DNA of 64,000 bases from an uncultured Verrucomicrobiae bacterium (GTDB taxonomy: Bacteria; Verrucomicrobiota; Verrucomicrobiia; Chthoniobacterales; Chthoniobacteraceae): NCBI GenBank assembly GCA_963769025.1, contig CAVYKI010000012.1:192001-256000 (forward strand), written 5' to 3'. The notes below the pieces were generated by a model. The model was given only the letters and a program-made list of their open reading frames with translations, did not search any database and had not been told where the DNA came from. Position numbers and translations under genes: made by a program. Below are positions 1 to 9,194 of this stretch, piece after piece (position 1 is the first letter of the stretch; each line of letters opens with the position of its first letter).

Positions 1-273
1 ATTCTTGCACTCATCGCAGTGCCGTTTCTTCTCTGGTTTCGAACTTATTCCGGCATCTTCATCGTTGCGAATGGCCTCATTTATACCCTTAGCCTCGTGA
101 TTCCGGACATGTTTGGTGAATGGCGGTATCTTTTTTTCTCCTACCTCTGTAATTTGCTGTGCATCGTGCTGGCGCTGGAGTGCTGCATCAGGGCGGTGAA
201 ACGGAGGTTCCGGCGTGCGGCGCTTCCTGTGTCGGAAAATGACTCCTTGCCAGCCCTTCAGCCCGGCTCATAA
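1..273 (+). CDS. 3' end of a membrane protein (partial, runs off the window start)
   Basis: Frame +1 is open from base 1, with hydrophobic segments, and stops 12 bp before the glycosyltransferase gene. Confidence 0.55.
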   Translation: MLALIAVPFLLWFRTYSGIFIVANGLIYTLSLVIPDMFGEWRYLFFSYLCNLLCIVLALECCIRAVKRRFRRAALPVSENDSLPALQPGS

Positions 274-285
274 CCTTTTACTCCC

Positions 286-1500
286 ATGGCTTTATCGACA
301 TCCCAATCGGAATCCCCCACCGGAAGCGACCGGATCGGGGCGGGCCGATGCGAACTTTCAGTGGTGATGCCGTGCCTCAACGAAGTTGAGACAGTGGGTA
401 TTTGCGTTGCAAAGGCGCGGCGCTGGATTGAGTCCAATGGGTTGAACGCCGAAGTAATCGTGGCCGATAACGGAAGCACGGACGGTTCCCAGAAAATCGC
501 AGAAGAAAATGGAGCGATCGTCGTCCCCGTACCGGAGAAAGGATACGGCGGCGCGCTGATGGGCGGCATCGCCGCAAGCCGAGGCGATTACATCATCATG
601 GGGGACGCGGATGACAGCTACGATTTCTCCGTTCTGGGGCCATTCGTCGAGCGACTGCGTCAGGGCTACGGGCTCGTCCAAGGGTGCCGCTTGCCGGGGG
701 CCGGCGGGGAAATCAAGCCGGGCGCGATGCCAGTGCTGCACCGGATCGTTGGCAACCCGTTCTTCTCACTGCTCGCGCGAATTTGGTTCAAAGCGCCAAT
801 CCACGACATTTACTGCGGGCTGCGAGGGTTTAGCAGGCAGTGTTACGAGCGGCTTGGATTAAAATGTGTCGGAATGGCGTTCGCGACCGAAATGGTGATT
901 AAAGCCAGCCTGTTTCGGGAGCGAATCTCCGAGGTGCCGATCACGCTCCACCCCGACGGACGTGTGACCCGGCGCCCTCACCTCAAGACATTCCGCGACG
1001 GCTGGCGGACCCTGCGGCTTTTTCTGATGTACGCACCGCGTTGGCTGTTCCTCGTGCCCGGCGGGGTTCTGATTGGCCTCGGCTTGCTCGCCTATGCCCT
1101 CGCATTGCCAGGAATTGCCATTTTCGGCGCGCAACTCGATGCGCACACGCTGCTCTTTGGGAGCCTCTCACTGCTCTGCGGCGCGAACGCAATCTGGTTT
1201 GCCGCTGCGACCAAGGTGTTTGCGATCAGCGAAGGAATGCTGCCGGAAGACCCGCGGCTCACGCGCTTTCTTAGCGTCGTGAATGTGGAGCGCGGTCTGG
1301 TGGCTAGTGCAATTGGCTTGATTGCCGGTCTGGCATTATTGGGGTTCGCCGTTCTGGAATGGCGATCGACGGGCTTCGGCAGGCTCGATTACTCACATAC
1401 GATGCGCCTGGTGATTCCCGGCGCAACCCTCGCCGCGCTCAGCTTCCAGCTCATCCTCTCCATCTTTTTCCTCGGAATCCTCGACATGCACAAGAAATGA
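286..1500 (+). CDS. Family 2 glycosyltransferase (DPM1-like) with C-terminal transmembrane helices
   Basis: SVVMPCLNE, VADNGSTDGS, GYGGAL, MGDADDSYD motifs; hydrophobic C-terminus. Confidence 0.9.
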   Translation: MALSTSQSESPTGSDRIGAGRCELSVVMPCLNEVETVGICVAKARRWIESNGLNAEVIVADNGSTDGSQKIAEENGAIVVPVPEKGYGGALMGGIAASRGDYIIMGDADDSYDFSVLGPFVERLRQGYGLVQGCRLPGAGGEIKPGAMPVLHRIVGNPFFSLLARIWFKAPIHDIYCGLRGFSRQCYERLGLKCVGMAFATEMVIKASLFRERISEVPITLHPDGRVTRRPHLKTFRDGWRTLRLFLMYAPRWLFLVPGGVLIGLGLLAYALALPGIAIFGAQLDAHTLLFGSLSLLCGANAIWFAAATKVFAISEGMLPEDPRLTRFLSVVNVERGLVASAIGLIAGLALLGFAVLEWRSTGFGRLDYSHTMRLVIPGATLAALSFQLILSIFFLGILDMHKK

Positions 1501-2126
1501 GCTTCTTGGACACGCTACACGGCGGCTATGTCCATAGACGCCGCATAACGCGCCTCGCGTTCGCTATCGGCGGCTTGCTTCCGGAAAATTCCAGCCTGCT
1601 GGATGTGGGAGCCGGTGATGGTCGGTTGTCGGCAATGCTCAAAGCCGGCAAATCATCGCTCGATGTCACAGGCATCGACGTTTTGGTGCGTCCCGAGACA
1701 CAGATCCCGGTGAGGCATTTCGACGGCACGCATATTCCCCAAGCCGATCAGAGCTGCGACTATGTCCTGTTTGTCGATGTGCTGCACCATACGGACGACC
1801 CATCGATCTTATTGCGCGAAGCAGCGCGCGTCGCCCGGCGTGGGGTCATCATCAAGGACCATCTGCGCGAGGGAATTCTCGCGAATCGCACCCTCCGATT
1901 CATGGACCGCGTGGGCAACTGCCGGCATAACGTCGCGCTGCCTCACAACTACTGGTCCTTAAAGCAATGGCAGGCGGCGTTCGATGAAATCGGACTTCGG
2001 GCGGCGCAATGGATATCGCAGCTGCACCTTTACCCCATTCCGGCTGACTGGATCTTCGGCAGATCCCTGCATTTCCTCGCGTTATTGGAACGAACGAACG
2101 CGTCTGCTGACGCCCATTCCGTATGA
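1497..2126 (+). CDS. Class I SAM-dependent methyltransferase
   Basis: LLDVGAGDG and DVLHH motifs; ATG overlaps the upstream TGA (ATGA). Confidence 0.85.
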   Translation: MSFLDTLHGGYVHRRRITRLAFAIGGLLPENSSLLDVGAGDGRLSAMLKAGKSSLDVTGIDVLVRPETQIPVRHFDGTHIPQADQSCDYVLFVDVLHHTDDPSILLREAARVARRGVIIKDHLREGILANRTLRFMDRVGNCRHNVALPHNYWSLKQWQAAFDEIGLRAAQWISQLHLYPIPADWIFGRSLHFLALLERTNASADAHSV

Positions 2127-2833
2127 ACGGGGATCCCGTTCGCCCCGACACCGGGGCACCGGTTCACTCGGCGGAATCGCAGGAATGTTGCTCGGGCGAA
2201 TGGGAGCGGGCTTATGCGCGCTTCGAAACCCCTGAGGAGGAAATCGCAAAATTCGTTCGCCGGTTGCGCGACATCGGGGCCGAAAAATGGCCGCGCGACT
2301 GGCAAATCCTTGAGCTGTGTTCGGGACGCGGCAACGGCCTCCGCGCACTCGAAGCATTGGGCTTTGGATCCATCGAAGGATTGGACCTTTCCGCTCCGTT
2401 GATTAGCCAATATCGCGGTCCTGCAAAATGTTATGTCGCGGATTGCCGCAAGTTGCCGTTCGAAGATGCGAGCCGCGACGTGATTCTGGTGCAGGGCGGA
2501 CTTCATCATCTGCCTGAATTGCCGGGCGATCTCGAACGAACGGTCCACGAGGTTCAACGCGTTCTGAAACCTGGCGGGATTTTCGTTCTCGTGGAGCCGT
2601 GGCTGACGCCGTTCTTGCGAATCGTCCACATGGTGTGCCGGCAGCGGATTGCCAGAAGGTTGTCGGGGAAAATTGACGCCCTGGCGACGATGATCGAGAT
2701 CGAGTGGACGACCTACGACCAGTGGCTAAGCCAGCCCGATGCCATCCTTCGCATTCTGCGCCAGTCCTTCAAGGCGAACATGTGCAAGCCAGCCTGGGGC
2801 AAACTTACGGTCGTTGGTCAGAAGCGTGCGTAG
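2123..2833 (+). CDS. Class I SAM-dependent methyltransferase
   Basis: ILELCSGRG, GLDLS, LPFEDAS, RVLKPGG motifs; ATGA overlap. Confidence 0.85.
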   Translation: MNGDPVRPDTGAPVHSAESQECCSGEWERAYARFETPEEEIAKFVRRLRDIGAEKWPRDWQILELCSGRGNGLRALEALGFGSIEGLDLSAPLISQYRGPAKCYVADCRKLPFEDASRDVILVQGGLHHLPELPGDLERTVHEVQRVLKPGGIFVLVEPWLTPFLRIVHMVCRQRIARRLSGKIDALATMIEIEWTTYDQWLSQPDAILRILRQSFKANMCKPAWGKLTVVGQKRA

Positions 2834-3052
2834 CCGAGCGTCTTTCAGCGGTAGCTTGCGTTGGCGGACAGGGCGTGAGCACGCGGGACGGGGGACGGAG
2901 GGCGGTGCCAACGGCGCATGAGTCCGCCCTGCGGGTTGCAGACTGGAAGCGCCCCCTCAAGTCCGCCAACGGCGCGCACGTTTCCCGAGTCCACGCCATG
3001 GCCTCCGCCGTCAACCGCTGTGTCCACGTCGGCCTCCGGGAAAAAGCGGCAG

Positions 3053-3124
3053 TGGGTCGGGCGAGACTCGAACTCGCAACCAACGCCTTAAAAGGGCGCT
3101 GCTCTACCATTGAGCTACCGACCC
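3053..3124 (-). tRNA. tRNA-Lys (anticodon UUU), CCA not encoded
   Basis: Reverse complement GGGTCGGTAGCTCAATGGTAGAGCAGCGCCCTTTTAAGGCGTTGGTTGCGAGTTCGAGTCTCGCCCGACCCA folds as a cloverleaf; anticodon loop CTTTTAA; T-loop GTTCGAG. Confidence 0.95.
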
Positions 3125-3244
3125 GTGGCCGAAACGAGCGCTGCAACTAAGGCACGCCGCCACGTGACGCAAGCGGGAAACGAAGTAAGCCGCCCACTCC
3201 TCCACGATGACACTGGCGGCAAAAGCCGCTAGCGTCCCGTCCCA

Positions 3245-4393
3245 ATGCCACTCCCCAGTCTTTCAAAATCCGCACGCCGACGCATCGCCGTGCTTGGTGC
3301 GCTCCTTGCGGCTGCCGTCGCAGGCGTGATCTGGCAGTGGCCGGAGATTGAGGCGCGTTGGTATCCGGCGGCTGCATCCGTTGCCACGCCGAAGCTCGCG
3401 TGCGCGGAGGTGCAGGCGCGCTCGCTTTATTTCAACGGCCTCGCGCTCCCGTGGCTCGAGAAATTCCGGCCCGAGCTCCTGACCGCCGAGGACCGCGACG
3501 CGACGAGTTCCCGGCGGCGGGCATTCGTCCAGGCGCCGCAAAACCCGAAGCTCTTCCGCCAGCTCGATCGCCAGCATCATTTCGACACGCTCCTTCTCGT
3601 GGGCGAGCCGAGCAACTACCGGCGCCTGCTCGATCATCTCCTCGAGCCCGAGCCGGGCAAGCGCGACTTCCAGCTCGTCTATCTCGACCACTGGGCGTTC
3701 ATTTTCAAACGCGGCGCGGCGCGTGAGTGGGTGCCTGCCGATGCGGAAGCGGTCCGGGCGCGGCTCGGGAATATTCGCACGCGGGACCAAGCCACCTTCC
3801 TCGCGATGGCCGCGGGAAAAATGCTCGCCGTCCGGCAGGTCGAGACGGCGAAGCGCTGGCTCGATGAGGCCGCGGCGCTCGACAGCCGATCGATCGACGT
3901 GCTCGCCGGGCTGGCCGGTTATCAAATCACGATCGGCCGCTGGGTGGAAGCCGAGACCTATGCGGACAAGGCCCTCAAAAAGGATCCCAACTCCGTCCCT
4001 GCGCTTGCTGCGAAGATCGTCGCGATGCGCGCGACGCGTCACCACATCGACGCGTTCAAGTTTTCCGAAAAGCTCAACAGGCTCCTGCCCGAGGACCCGG
4101 TGCGGCTCTGGCAGCACGCTCAACTGGCCCACGAGGCAAAGCAAAATGCAGTCGAGATCAAGGCGCTGACACGGCTCATCGCGCTCGCCCGCGAAGAAGG
4201 GCGGCCCTCGGCCGAGTATGAGTTTTTCCTCGGCGAAGCCCATGCGCACGAAGCGCTCGACAATGCGGAGCACGCGCCCCTCGCGCTCCAGCATCTCCGG
4301 CTCGCCGTGGCGGACCCGGCGCTTCCGGCGGACAAGCGGAAATTTGCCGAGGAACGAATCGCGGTCATCCTCAAGCGCACGGGGCTGAAGTGA
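3245..4393 (+). CDS. Membrane-anchored TPR-repeat protein
   Basis: N-terminal TM segment; TPR-like helices (WVEAETYADKALKKDPNS). Confidence 0.7.
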   Translation: MPLPSLSKSARRRIAVLGALLAAAVAGVIWQWPEIEARWYPAAASVATPKLACAEVQARSLYFNGLALPWLEKFRPELLTAEDRDATSSRRRAFVQAPQNPKLFRQLDRQHHFDTLLLVGEPSNYRRLLDHLLEPEPGKRDFQLVYLDHWAFIFKRGAAREWVPADAEAVRARLGNIRTRDQATFLAMAAGKMLAVRQVETAKRWLDEAAALDSRSIDVLAGLAGYQITIGRWVEAETYADKALKKDPNSVPALAAKIVAMRATRHHIDAFKFSEKLNRLLPEDPVRLWQHAQLAHEAKQNAVEIKALTRLIALAREEGRPSAEYEFFLGEAHAHEALDNAEHAPLALQHLRLAVADPALPADKRKFAEERIAVILKRTGLK

Positions 4394-4454
4394 CGCCGGG
4401 AGCGGTTGCCAAAAGCGCGCGCGCGGCCAAGAATTCCCCAACCTTTCCATCCCG

Positions 4455-5312
4455 ATGCACCTGAGATTTTCCATCGCCAACCTGTGCGCCGCGCTTTTGC
4501 TCGCGCCCATCGCGCAGGCGGAGGAATTGATCTCCATCCGCGGCGCGCAGGTGGCCGCCGAACCGGTGAACGCGGCGGCGGCGGCGATCAAAAAGGTCAC
4601 GGGGCTGGAGTTTCACGTCGTGACCGAGGGAGGGAGCGGCGGAGCCGTCGCCGGCATCGCGGAGGATGTCGCAGAGGTCGCCCTTCTCAGCAGGAAAATC
4701 CTTTCGCGAGAGCACGCGGCGTGGCCCGACAGGAAATTCAGCGAAGCGCAGTTTGGCATGCAGGCGCTCCTCGTCATCGTGCCGGGACCGGTGTGGAAAA
4801 GCGGCGTGCGTGCGCTTACGAAGGATCAACTCCGCGACATCTACGAGGGCCGGGTGAAGAACTGGAAGGCGCTCGGCGGCGAAGACCGCAAGATTGTCTT
4901 CTACAACCGCGATGTGAGGAGCAGTGCGTGGGAGATGTTCATGCTCTTCCTCTACGACGACCCGCGAAGGGCGCCGCCAAGCGACGCCGAGGTGCTGGTG
5001 GAGCCGAGCGATGTCACCACGGCAGTGGACTACAATGGCGGGTCCATCTGTTTCCTCGAGTACGGCGCGCCGCGGCCGAACGCCATCCACACGCTGGGAA
5101 TCCGCCAGGCGGATGGCTCCGTGGTGGAGCCGACCGCCGGGAACATCGCATCCGGCCGCTACGAACTGGCGCGGCCGCTCGTCATCGCGGCGGCGCGCAA
5201 GCCCGCAGGCAAGGTCCGCCGCTTCGTGGAATTCATGCTGGGCGCGGAAGGGCAGGCGTTCGTGAGCAAGACCGGCCACATTCCAAACGCGGAGCTGGCG
5301 GGGAAGAAATAG
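4455..5312 (+). CDS. PstS-like phosphate-binding periplasmic protein
   Basis: Signal peptide; GGSGGAV, LTKDQLRDIYEGRVKNWKALGG, SGRYELARPL motifs. Confidence 0.8.
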   Translation: MHLRFSIANLCAALLLAPIAQAEELISIRGAQVAAEPVNAAAAAIKKVTGLEFHVVTEGGSGGAVAGIAEDVAEVALLSRKILSREHAAWPDRKFSEAQFGMQALLVIVPGPVWKSGVRALTKDQLRDIYEGRVKNWKALGGEDRKIVFYNRDVRSSAWEMFMLFLYDDPRRAPPSDAEVLVEPSDVTTAVDYNGGSICFLEYGAPRPNAIHTLGIRQADGSVVEPTAGNIASGRYELARPLVIAAARKPAGKVRRFVEFMLGAEGQAFVSKTGHIPNAELAGKK

Positions 5313-5318
5313 CGGCCC

Positions 5319-6671
5319 TCAAAGAAGGAGCCGGCACGCCGCGATCGCGCAAATCACCGCGATGAGGTCGGCCGTCAGCCCTGCCGCGATCGCGTGACGG
5401 GTCTTCCGGATGCCGACGCTGCCGAAGTAAACGGCGAGCACGTAAAACGTGGTCTCGGTGCTCCCGTAGATCGTCGCGGCCATCCGCGAGATGAGGGCAT
5501 CCGCGCCGTGCGTCTTCACGATGTCGGTGAAAATCCCGAGCGACGCGCTGCCGCTGAGCGGGCGCATCGCCGCAAGCGGCAGCAGGTCGGGCGGAAAGCC
5601 GGCGTATTCGAGCGCCGGGCGCAGCGTCTCGGTGACGGCCTGCACGACGCCCGCATCGCGCAGGAGGCGGATGGCGACGAGCATCGCGACGAGGAAAGGG
5701 ATGATCCGCTTTGCCGTCTCAAATGCCTCCTTCGCCCCCTCGCAAAACTGTTCGTACACCTTCACCCCGCGCAACGCCGCGACTAGCGGGATGAAGCCGA
5801 ACAGGAATGGAACCGCCAGCACCGACACGGCGCGCAGGATGCGCTGCGGGGTGCCGAGGTCCGGCCAGAACTCCCCGTGCCGCCACTTTGCGTGAAGCGC
5901 GACTGGCAAGGAGTCCGCGAGCTTCGGCCACACGAGCGCGAAAAGCATCCACGCGATGCAAAGCAGGAACGCCCCGAGCAGCACGTGACCGGTGCGGCTG
6001 ATCGGGCTCGGCTCGATTTTCTCCGCCGCGACCTCGGTCGTGTCGGCGGCGGCGGTCGCTTCCACCGGCTCCGTGTCCGGCACGACGCGGAAGACCCGGA
6101 GCCGCGACAGGAGCCGCGCCGCGATGACGCCGCACGTCATCGCGACCGCAGTCGCAAGGATCGCCGGGACGACGATGTTCGACGGGCTCTTCGCGCCCTG
6201 CACGGCGAGGATACTGATGGCGGTCGTCGGGATGAGCTGGAGGCTCGCGGTGTTCACGGCGAGGAAGGTGACCATAGAGTTGCTCGCGACGGTCGGGTGC
6301 GGGTTCAGCTTTTGCAGCAATGCCATCGCGCGGAGGCCGAGCGGCGTCGCGGCGTTGCCGAGGCCGAGCATGTTGGCGGCCATGTTCATCACCATCGCGC
6401 CCATCGCGGGATGTTCCGCGGGCACGTCTGGGAAAAGGCGTCGCATTACCGGGCGCAGGCCACGAGCGAGTTGCCGCACGAAGCCCGCGCGTTCGGCGAG
6501 GCGCATCATGCCGAGCCAGATCGCCATGAGGCCCACGAGCGGCAGCGCGATGTCCATGACCGCGGATTTTGCCGTCGAGAATGCGCCCTCGGTCATCGGC
6601 TCCAGCCGCCCGCTGAATCCGCCGACGAGGACGGCGACGAGCACGATCGCGAGCCAGATGACATTCAGCAT
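5319..6671 (-). CDS. SpmA/SpmB fusion membrane protein (nucleoside recognition/gate domains)
   Basis: ANMLGLGNAATPLGL, RPLSGS, GSTETTFYVLAVYFGSVGIRKTRHA motifs. Confidence 0.9.
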   Translation of the reverse strand: MLNVIWLAIVLVAVLVGGFSGRLEPMTEGAFSTAKSAVMDIALPLVGLMAIWLGMMRLAERAGFVRQLARGLRPVMRRLFPDVPAEHPAMGAMVMNMAANMLGLGNAATPLGLRAMALLQKLNPHPTVASNSMVTFLAVNTASLQLIPTTAISILAVQGAKSPSNIVVPAILATAVAMTCGVIAARLLSRLRVFRVVPDTEPVEATAAADTTEVAAEKIEPSPISRTGHVLLGAFLLCIAWMLFALVWPKLADSLPVALHAKWRHGEFWPDLGTPQRILRAVSVLAVPFLFGFIPLVAALRGVKVYEQFCEGAKEAFETAKRIIPFLVAMLVAIRLLRDAGVVQAVTETLRPALEYAGFPPDLLPLAAMRPLSGSASLGIFTDIVKTHGADALISRMAATIYGSTETTFYVLAVYFGSVGIRKTRHAIAAGLTADLIAVICAIAACRLLL

Positions 6672-6770
6672 TCCGGGGAGGATGAACGTGCCGGCGGGGC
6701 GCAGGCAAGCATCGCCCTTCCCAAAGCGGCGCGGCGTGCTTATCTTCCGCGCCCTTTTCCGAAAAACATC

Positions 6771-7964
6771 ATGCCGTTACCAAGCATCATCGACCCGTCG
6801 CGCACCGAGCGCATCGAGTTCAGCAACGATGAAATCGCACGCTATTCGCGCCATCTCATCATGCCGGAGGTGACGCTCGACGGTCAGAAAAAGCTGAAGG
6901 CCGCGAGTGTGCTGTGCATCGGCGCGGGCGGGCTCGGATCGCCGATTTTGCTCTACCTCGCCGCCGCGGGCGTCGGGCGGCTGGGCATCGTGGACAATGA
7001 CGTCGTCGATTTTTCCAACCTCCAGCGACAGGTGATCCACGGCACGAAGGACGTCGGCCGCAGCAAGTGCAAGTCGGCGCGCGAACGTATCCGCGACATC
7101 AATCCGAACGTGCAGGTGGACATCTACGAGACGTATTTCACCTCGGAGAATGCGCGCAAGATCGCGGAGCCGTACGACATCATCATCGACGGCACGGACA
7201 ACTTTCAGACGCGCTACCTCTCGAACGACCTCTGCGTCTTCACGAAAAAGGCGAACGTGTACGGCAGCATCTTCCGCTTCGACGGGCAGGCGACGGTGTT
7301 CGCGCCGCACCTCGGCGGCCCGTGCTACCGCTGCATGTTTCCCGAGCCGCCGCCGCCGGGCATGGTGCCGACTTGCGCGGAAGGCGGGGTGCTCGGCGTG
7401 CTGCCGGGGATCATCGGCGTCATCCAGGCCGTCGAGGCGGTGAAGCTGATCTGCGGCGTCGGCGAGACGCTCATCGGACGGCTGATGAATTTCGACGCGC
7501 TCGGGATGAAGTTCCGCGAGTTCAAACTGCGCAAGGATCCGAAGTGCCCGGTCTGCGGGCCGAACCCGACTGTCACGGATCTCATCGACTACGATCAGTT
7601 CTGCGGCATCCCGCAGCAGAAGAAGCGCGAGGAGGAGGATGCGCTCGTGCCGCACGTCACCGTCGAGGAACTGAAGGCGCGGCTCGAAGGCGGCGGCAAA
7701 TTCCGGTTCATCGACGTGCGCGAGCCGTTCGAGTGGGACATCTGCAGGTTGGAAAAGAGCGAGCTCATCCCGATGGCGAAGCTCCCGGCGCGCATGAGCG
7801 AATTCGACAGCGCGGAGGATGTGATCCTCATCTGCAAAAACGGCGCTCGGAGCGCGCACGCGGTGAAGATGTTCAACGAAGCGGGATTCACGCGCGTGTG
7901 GAATGTCGCCGGCGGATTGCTCGACTGGTCTGACCGCATCGACCCGACGCTGGCGAAATACTGA
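6771..7964 (+). CDS. moeB: MoeB/MoeZ-type adenylyltransferase with C-terminal rhodanese domain
   Basis: RYSRHLIMPEV, GAGGLGSP, SNLQRQ, CYRC motifs; rhodanese DVREPFEW...CKNGARS. Confidence 0.92.
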   Translation: MPLPSIIDPSRTERIEFSNDEIARYSRHLIMPEVTLDGQKKLKAASVLCIGAGGLGSPILLYLAAAGVGRLGIVDNDVVDFSNLQRQVIHGTKDVGRSKCKSARERIRDINPNVQVDIYETYFTSENARKIAEPYDIIIDGTDNFQTRYLSNDLCVFTKKANVYGSIFRFDGQATVFAPHLGGPCYRCMFPEPPPPGMVPTCAEGGVLGVLPGIIGVIQAVEAVKLICGVGETLIGRLMNFDALGMKFREFKLRKDPKCPVCGPNPTVTDLIDYDQFCGIPQQKKREEEDALVPHVTVEELKARLEGGGKFRFIDVREPFEWDICRLEKSELIPMAKLPARMSEFDSAEDVILICKNGARSAHAVKMFNEAGFTRVWNVAGGLLDWSDRIDPTLAKY

Positions 7965-7970
7965 GCGGCG

Positions 7971-8213
7971 ATGAGCTTTCCCATCGAGCTGCTGCGCTGT
8001 CCGATCTCCGCGCAGACGATGAAGGCCGCGCCGGAAAACGTCGTTCGGTTGTTGCATGAGCGCCAGCAATCCGACGCACTTCGCACGCACGGCGGCGAGC
8101 CGGCGGAGCCGTTCGAGGACGGGCTGCTCAGTGAAAATGGAGCGTGGTTTTACCCCATCCGCGGCGGAATCCCCGTGATGCTGGCGAGCGAGGCGATCGC
8201 CGTCGCGTGCTGA
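7971..8213 (+). CDS. Trm112-like protein
   Basis: LLRCPIS...YPIRGGIPVML signature. Confidence 0.75.
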   Translation: MSFPIELLRCPISAQTMKAAPENVVRLLHERQQSDALRTHGGEPAEPFEDGLLSENGAWFYPIRGGIPVMLASEAIAVAC

Positions 8214-8339
8214 TCGCGGCGCCGTGAGCGGATGGGAAATGTGACGGTTTAGCGACAGTTCAGGGGCGGACGCGTGACATCGGGCGGCAGGGTGCGGATG
8301 AAAGTTGACGGGCGCACCAGACCGGTGACGATGCGCGCG

Positions 8340-9185
8340 ATGAAGGAGCGCCCGACCAGCGGTCCGTTGCTTTCCCGGCGATTCGGCCTCGTGCTGATTC
8401 ACCTGGCCGAGGAGACGCGGCGTGAGCTCGAGAGAGTGGCGGCGCGGCCGGGACGGGCCATCCATTCGGTACGGACGCGGATGAAAAATCTGCGCGCGCT
8501 CCTGCTGCTGGTGAAGCCGCGTCTCCCGAAGCCCGCGCGGAAGGGAGTCGATGCCCTCGCGGGCGCGCTGAAGGACGCGTTCTCCGATCAGCGCGACGCG
8601 GAAGTGATCGCAACGTTGCGTGCAAAGCTGGCCGGGCGGAGCGGTGCCGCGCCCAATGGCAAAGTGACGCCGGCGGAAATTGCGAGAAACAAGGCGGCGA
8701 AACGGAATGCCACCCGGCTGGTCCGGATGGTGTCGAAGCTCGGGCTCGACGGGCTTTCGTGGCCCGAAGTCTTCGCCGGCTATCTGAGGAGCTACCGGGC
8801 GGGACGAAAGGCGATGAAGGCGTGCGAGCGCAAGCCCGCCAGCGGGGCCTTTCACAAGTGGCGGCGGCCGGTGAAGGATCTGTTTTACCAGTCGCAGGCC
8901 TTGCAGCCGCTCGACGGCATGAAGGCGCGCCGGCGCGCGGCTGAGCGACTGGGCAACAGGCTCGGAAAGCTGAATGATCTCCGGATGCTCCATGCCGAGG
9001 CGAAGAAATCCCGCGACTCGCGAATGGGGAAACGCATCGCGAAAAAGGAGCGGGCGCTCACGGCGGCAATCTTCAAGGCGGCGGAAAAACTTTTCGCCGA
9101 ACGCCCGCGGGACATCGAACGGGCGCTGGAGCGCTGCGTGAGATTCCAGCCGTCGCTCGCCGCGACGGCCGTGCGGCAGACGTGA
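8340..9185 (+). CDS. CHAD domain protein (polyphosphate-binding); start uncertain
   Basis: IHSVRTRMKNLRALL, RDAEV, FHKWRRPVKDLFYQ, LGKLNDL motifs; very basic. Confidence 0.85.
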   Translation: MKERPTSGPLLSRRFGLVLIHLAEETRRELERVAARPGRAIHSVRTRMKNLRALLLLVKPRLPKPARKGVDALAGALKDAFSDQRDAEVIATLRAKLAGRSGAAPNGKVTPAEIARNKAAKRNATRLVRMVSKLGLDGLSWPEVFAGYLRSYRAGRKAMKACERKPASGAFHKWRRPVKDLFYQSQALQPLDGMKARRRAAERLGNRLGKLNDLRMLHAEAKKSRDSRMGKRIAKKERALTAAIFKAAEKLFAERPRDIERALERCVRFQPSLAATAVRQT

Positions 9186-9194
9186 GCGGCGTGC

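Noticed and set aside
5877..6770. N-terminal extension of MoeB in the ORF track
   Set aside because: Overlaps spmAB antisense; the conserved MoeB sequence begins at 6771
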